Shown: one piece after another, positions 61,244 to 64,000 of the stretch
Numbering within the stretch: the first letter of the stretch is position 1
How the letters are laid out: every line of letters starts with the position of its first letter
Assembly (NCBI GenBank): GCA_965217895.1
Contig: CBDCJV010000002.1
Location: forward strand, 3,680,001 to 3,744,000
Source of the DNA: Waterburya sp.
GTDB taxonomy: Bacteria; Cyanobacteriota; Cyanobacteriia; Cyanobacteriales; Xenococcaceae
Direction of reading: 5' to 3'
Length of the DNA stretch: 64,000 bases
Notes under the pieces: model-generated
Told to the model about the DNA's origin: nothing
Database searches by the model: none
What the model saw: only the letters and a program-made list of their open reading frames with translations
Program-made: the position numbers and the translations under genes

Positions 61244-61951
61244 TTATTCCGTTAGAGCCTTGTTATTCCACATATATTTACCAGGGACGGTGCGCTCTAA
61301 AATACCTTTTCTGAATTGTAAGCTGAGGACGCTGCTAAAAGATTTGGAAACTTTCTTTTGTTGAGTTTGACTTAAACCATCAGGATAGAAATAAGCTACT
61401 ACGTCTGGTGAACTAATAACTCCTTCTTGCTTTTTAACAAAGTCTAAAACTCCAGCAGTGATGTTCTCATAATTATCTAGTCTGAGGGAAGGAGGTAGTG
61501 TACTATCAAGTTTGTTCCTAGATTTCTTCTGATCTTGTGATTCGACCTTCGCTTTTGGTGATTTAGTTTTAGCTTGACTTTTTTTGGCTGGTGTTTTCTG
61601 CTTCGATTTATCTGCCTTAGATGAGACTGCTGGTAGTTCTAATCGAGCAGTCTCCTCCGCTTCAGTCGGATGATATCCATTACTCTTATTCTCTTCGTCT
61701 ATTATGTTTGCAGCTAATTGTTGAGTCTTACTGAGACTATTAATAATATTGCGACACGCTTCTAACTCAGTTTGGGTAGTTGTCGCCTCAGCTTCTAATA
61801 TTTTCAAAGATTGAGCATGATAGGCGATCGCCTCTTGCTGATAACTAGCATTTTGTTCCAAGTCCGCTAACATTTGACTGTAAATAGCAAGCTTTTTTTC
61901 ACTGTCGAACAAATTTTGAGGTGGTTTAGGAGGTGCGGGAATATTAGTCAC
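61244..61951 (-). CDS. Hypothetical protein: N-terminal coiled coil, Lys-rich linker, C-terminal winged-helix-like domain
   Basis: Heptad-like aa ~20-80; KSKQKTPAKKSQAKTKSPKAK linker; VLDFVKK...DVVAYFY...FSSVLS...GILERTVPGKY. Confidence 0.65.
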   Translation of the reverse strand: MTNIPAPPKPPQNLFDSEKKLAIYSQMLADLEQNASYQQEAIAYHAQSLKILEAEATTTQTELEACRNIINSLSKTQQLAANIIDEENKSNGYHPTEAEETARLELPAVSSKADKSKQKTPAKKSQAKTKSPKAKVESQDQKKSRNKLDSTLPPSLRLDNYENITAGVLDFVKKQEGVISSPDVVAYFYPDGLSQTQQKKVSKSFSSVLSLQFRKGILERTVPGKYMWNNKALTE

Positions 61952-62223
61952 TTTAATGTTTCATCTAATAGCTATCAATCTAATTCTAGCCTGTTAGAAG
62001 CTCAATTAAATATTGTTCATTATTAAATAATATTTATTTTATTTTTTCTAAATTCCAGGTCTAAGAAGAATCCAATTTTCAAAGACTCCGCGTTGGCGAC
62101 GCGGGCAGATGCAAGAAAGGACTTGTCCGCATCTAGTACCCCTTTCTCGAATCTACTCGTTACTCTCAACTATCTTCTAATTAATTTGTTCTACCTACCT
62201 ATAGCCTTTGAGATTAAATCTAT

Positions 62224-62324
62224 TAGACTTCTTGCACGAATCATAATCGACTACTTGAAAAAGAGGGAAAGGGGGAAAGGTTAAGGGGAAAAATGATTAA
62301 TCTTTTATTCATGCAAGAGGTCTA
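62224..62324. mobile_element. MITE with TAGAC(C/T)TCTTGCA inverted ends
   Basis: tagacttcttgcacgaat ... attcatgcaagaggtcta (16/18 IR); internal purine-rich STRR. Confidence 0.78.
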
Positions 62325-62776
62325 GTTAATAATACCAATATATATTTATGAAGTTAAGATAAGCTTGAAAAAGCTAGGTTTAAAAGTTTTCTCTATATTA
62401 TTTAGACAGTATCAAAAACTTTATGAACAAAACATATAGCCCGCAAGCTTTGTTAGAAAATAGGCAGGAATATTTTTGGATAAAAACTAGGTTGTTTTAG
62501 CTTGAGAAAAGACTGTTTTACGCCACTTGAATCAACGGTTTTAATAGCTTTTCTGGAATTGACTTTTTAATATTTTGATAAAGAAAAAAAAAGAATTAGT
62601 TATTTTCAACTATACTTGTCTATAATGATAAGTAATAAAAAGAGTAATTTTACTAGGCTATTTAGCCAAGATTATAGTTAGGCTGTATAGAAACATTGGT
62701 GTTTTGGTGTTTCAGCTATTTTATAAATAATCAGTAAATTATAAATATTGTGTTTTTTGTGGTGTCCTTCTTATGT

Positions 62777-62811
62777 ATCCCACTCCTTGTTTTTCAAGGG
62801 TGGGATTTTTT
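62777..62811. terminator. Stem-loop downstream of gatB
   Basis: atcccactccttg-ttttt-caagggtgggat followed by a T-run on the plus strand. Confidence 0.6.
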
Positions 62812-62899
62812 ATATTTATTGTTGCTAAGCCTGAAACTTTTACTGTGATATAAGATCGAGAAAATATCAGCTAATAAAAGTATATCCAACTCTGTAAAA

Positions 62900-64000
62900 T
62901 CAACCTTGCAGTTTTTTGACTAACATTTGATTTGTCAATTTAGGATCGGCGCGTCCACTAGTTTTCTTCATTACTTGCCCCACGAAAAAACCTTTGAGCT
63001 TAGTTTTACCATTACGAAATTGCTCTAACTCTTGAGGATGGGCAGCAATCACTTCATCAATGATTTTTTCAATTTCGCCCGTATCAGAGATTTGAATTAA
63101 ACCTTTTTTCTCTACTAAAGCTTTTGCCGAACCACCTTTAGTTAATAAGTCTGGCAAAATTTCCTTGCCAATTTTGCCACTAATTGTTCCTGCCGTAATT
63201 AAACTGACAAGTTCTGCTAAAATCTCAGGCTTTAATTCAGTTTCGGTAATCTTAAGATTATTGCTGTTCACATAAGCTGCAATATCTCCCATTACCCAGT
63301 TAGCAACCTGTTTAGTGTCTCCGCCAGCAGCGATCGCCGCTTCAAAATATTCCGCTACGGCGCGATCGTCTGTCAGAACTCTAGTATCGTAAGCTGACAA
63401 GCCCAATTCTGACTCATAACGATGACGTTTAGCCACAGGAAGTTCTGGTAATTCTGCTTTCCAAGTTTCTAATTGTTCAGTAGATACTTCAATGGGAGGC
63501 AAATCTGGTTCGGGGAAATAACGATAGTCGCTGCTTCCTTCCTTGAGGCGCATACTCTTAGTTCGTTGTGAACCTTCTTCCCAAAGACGAGTTTCTTGAT
63601 AGATTGGTTCGCCATTTTCTACAGCTGCAATTTGCCTGTCGATTTCGTAATCGATCGCCTTTTGAATCGCGCTAAAGGAATTCATGTTCTTAATTTCTAC
63701 TTTAGTGCCAAATTCTTTTTGACCCACAGGACGCACAGAAATGTTTACATCACAGCGCAAAGAGCCTTCCTGCATCTTGCCATCACTAATGCCAAGATAG
63801 AGCATAATACGGCGTATTTCTTGGGCGTATTCGGCTGCTTCTTTGCCAGTACGCAGATCTGGTTCGGAAACGATTTCTACTAAAGGTATACCAGCACGGT
63901 TAAAGTCTACCAGGGAATAAGTAGAACCATCAAGGCGATCGCTGCCACCGTGAGTTAGTTTCCCTGCATCTTCTTCCATATGCAGACGAGTAATGCCAAT
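62900..64000 (-). CDS. gatB: Asp/Glu-tRNA amidotransferase subunit B; 5' end outside the window
   Basis: IGITRLHMEEDAGK, DFNRAGIPLVEIVSEPD, EGSLRCDVN, DYRYFPEPDL. Confidence 0.98.
   Translation of the reverse strand: MGITRLHMEEDAGKLTHGGSDRLDGSTYSLVDFNRAGIPLVEIVSEPDLRTGKEAAEYAQEIRRIMLYLGISDGKMQEGSLRCDVNISVRPVGQKEFGTKVEIKNMNSFSAIQKAIDYEIDRQIAAVENGEPIYQETRLWEEGSQRTKSMRLKEGSSDYRYFPEPDLPPIEVSTEQLETWKAELPELPVAKRHRYESELGLSAYDTRVLTDDRAVAEYFEAAIAAGGDTKQVANWVMGDIAAYVNSNNLKITETELKPEILAELVSLITAGTISGKIGKEILPDLLTKGGSAKALVEKKGLIQISDTGEIEKIIDEVIAAHPQELEQFRNGKTKLKGFFVGQVMKKTSGRADPKLTNQMLVKKLQG

Larger units (their letters stand above)
566..63943. repeat. HIP1 octamer GCGATCGC dispersed throughout the window
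   Basis: Many dozens of copies in genes and intergenic DNA (e.g. 566, 1332, tandem pair 6660-6675); not counted exactly. Confidence 0.97.

Noticed and set aside
3766..62330. Short tandem repeats as a CRISPR array
   Set aside because: Units are 7-9 nt with no unique spacers, and there are no cas genes

Overview
This is a 64 kb, AT-rich chromosomal segment from a cyanobacterium. The HIP1 octamer GCGATCGC recurs throughout, and chlD, petP, narB/nrtP, sigF, cyAbrB and the glpX-type FBP/SBPase are present. The repeat style suggests a Pleurocapsales-like strain (inference). Most genes are housekeeping: menD, bgtA/bgtB plus a porin, chlD, wzm/wzt, ABC-2, nitrate assimilation, sigma factors, cbiB, cysH, recN, hemA, glpX, scpB-thiD-ftsZ-ftsQ and gatB. 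Intergenic DNA holds many MITEs, STRR heptamer tracts and small dispersed repeats. I found no rRNA, tRNA or CRISPR array. Main points of interest: (1) a tandem pair of secreted 61-aa prepropeptides with a conserved W-C-X9-C-W C-terminal core, each behind a class II CRP-type promoter, with a MITE in one copy whose empty site survives in the other; (2) a protein built from eight ~28-aa beta-hairpin-like repeats ending in Phe, a candidate repeat-built beta-barrel; (3) an MprF-like protein with synthase before flippase, the reverse of the usual order, in an IS-scarred islet; (4) a stand-alone ACP plus alpha-oxoamine-synthase didomain; (5) elements missing from the ORF track, namely a 31-aa Norf4-like microprotein, a decayed Crp/Fnr gene, an IS1 relic, and frameshifted, nonsense or truncated genes. 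All family assignments come from motif recognition by eye; no database searches were run.
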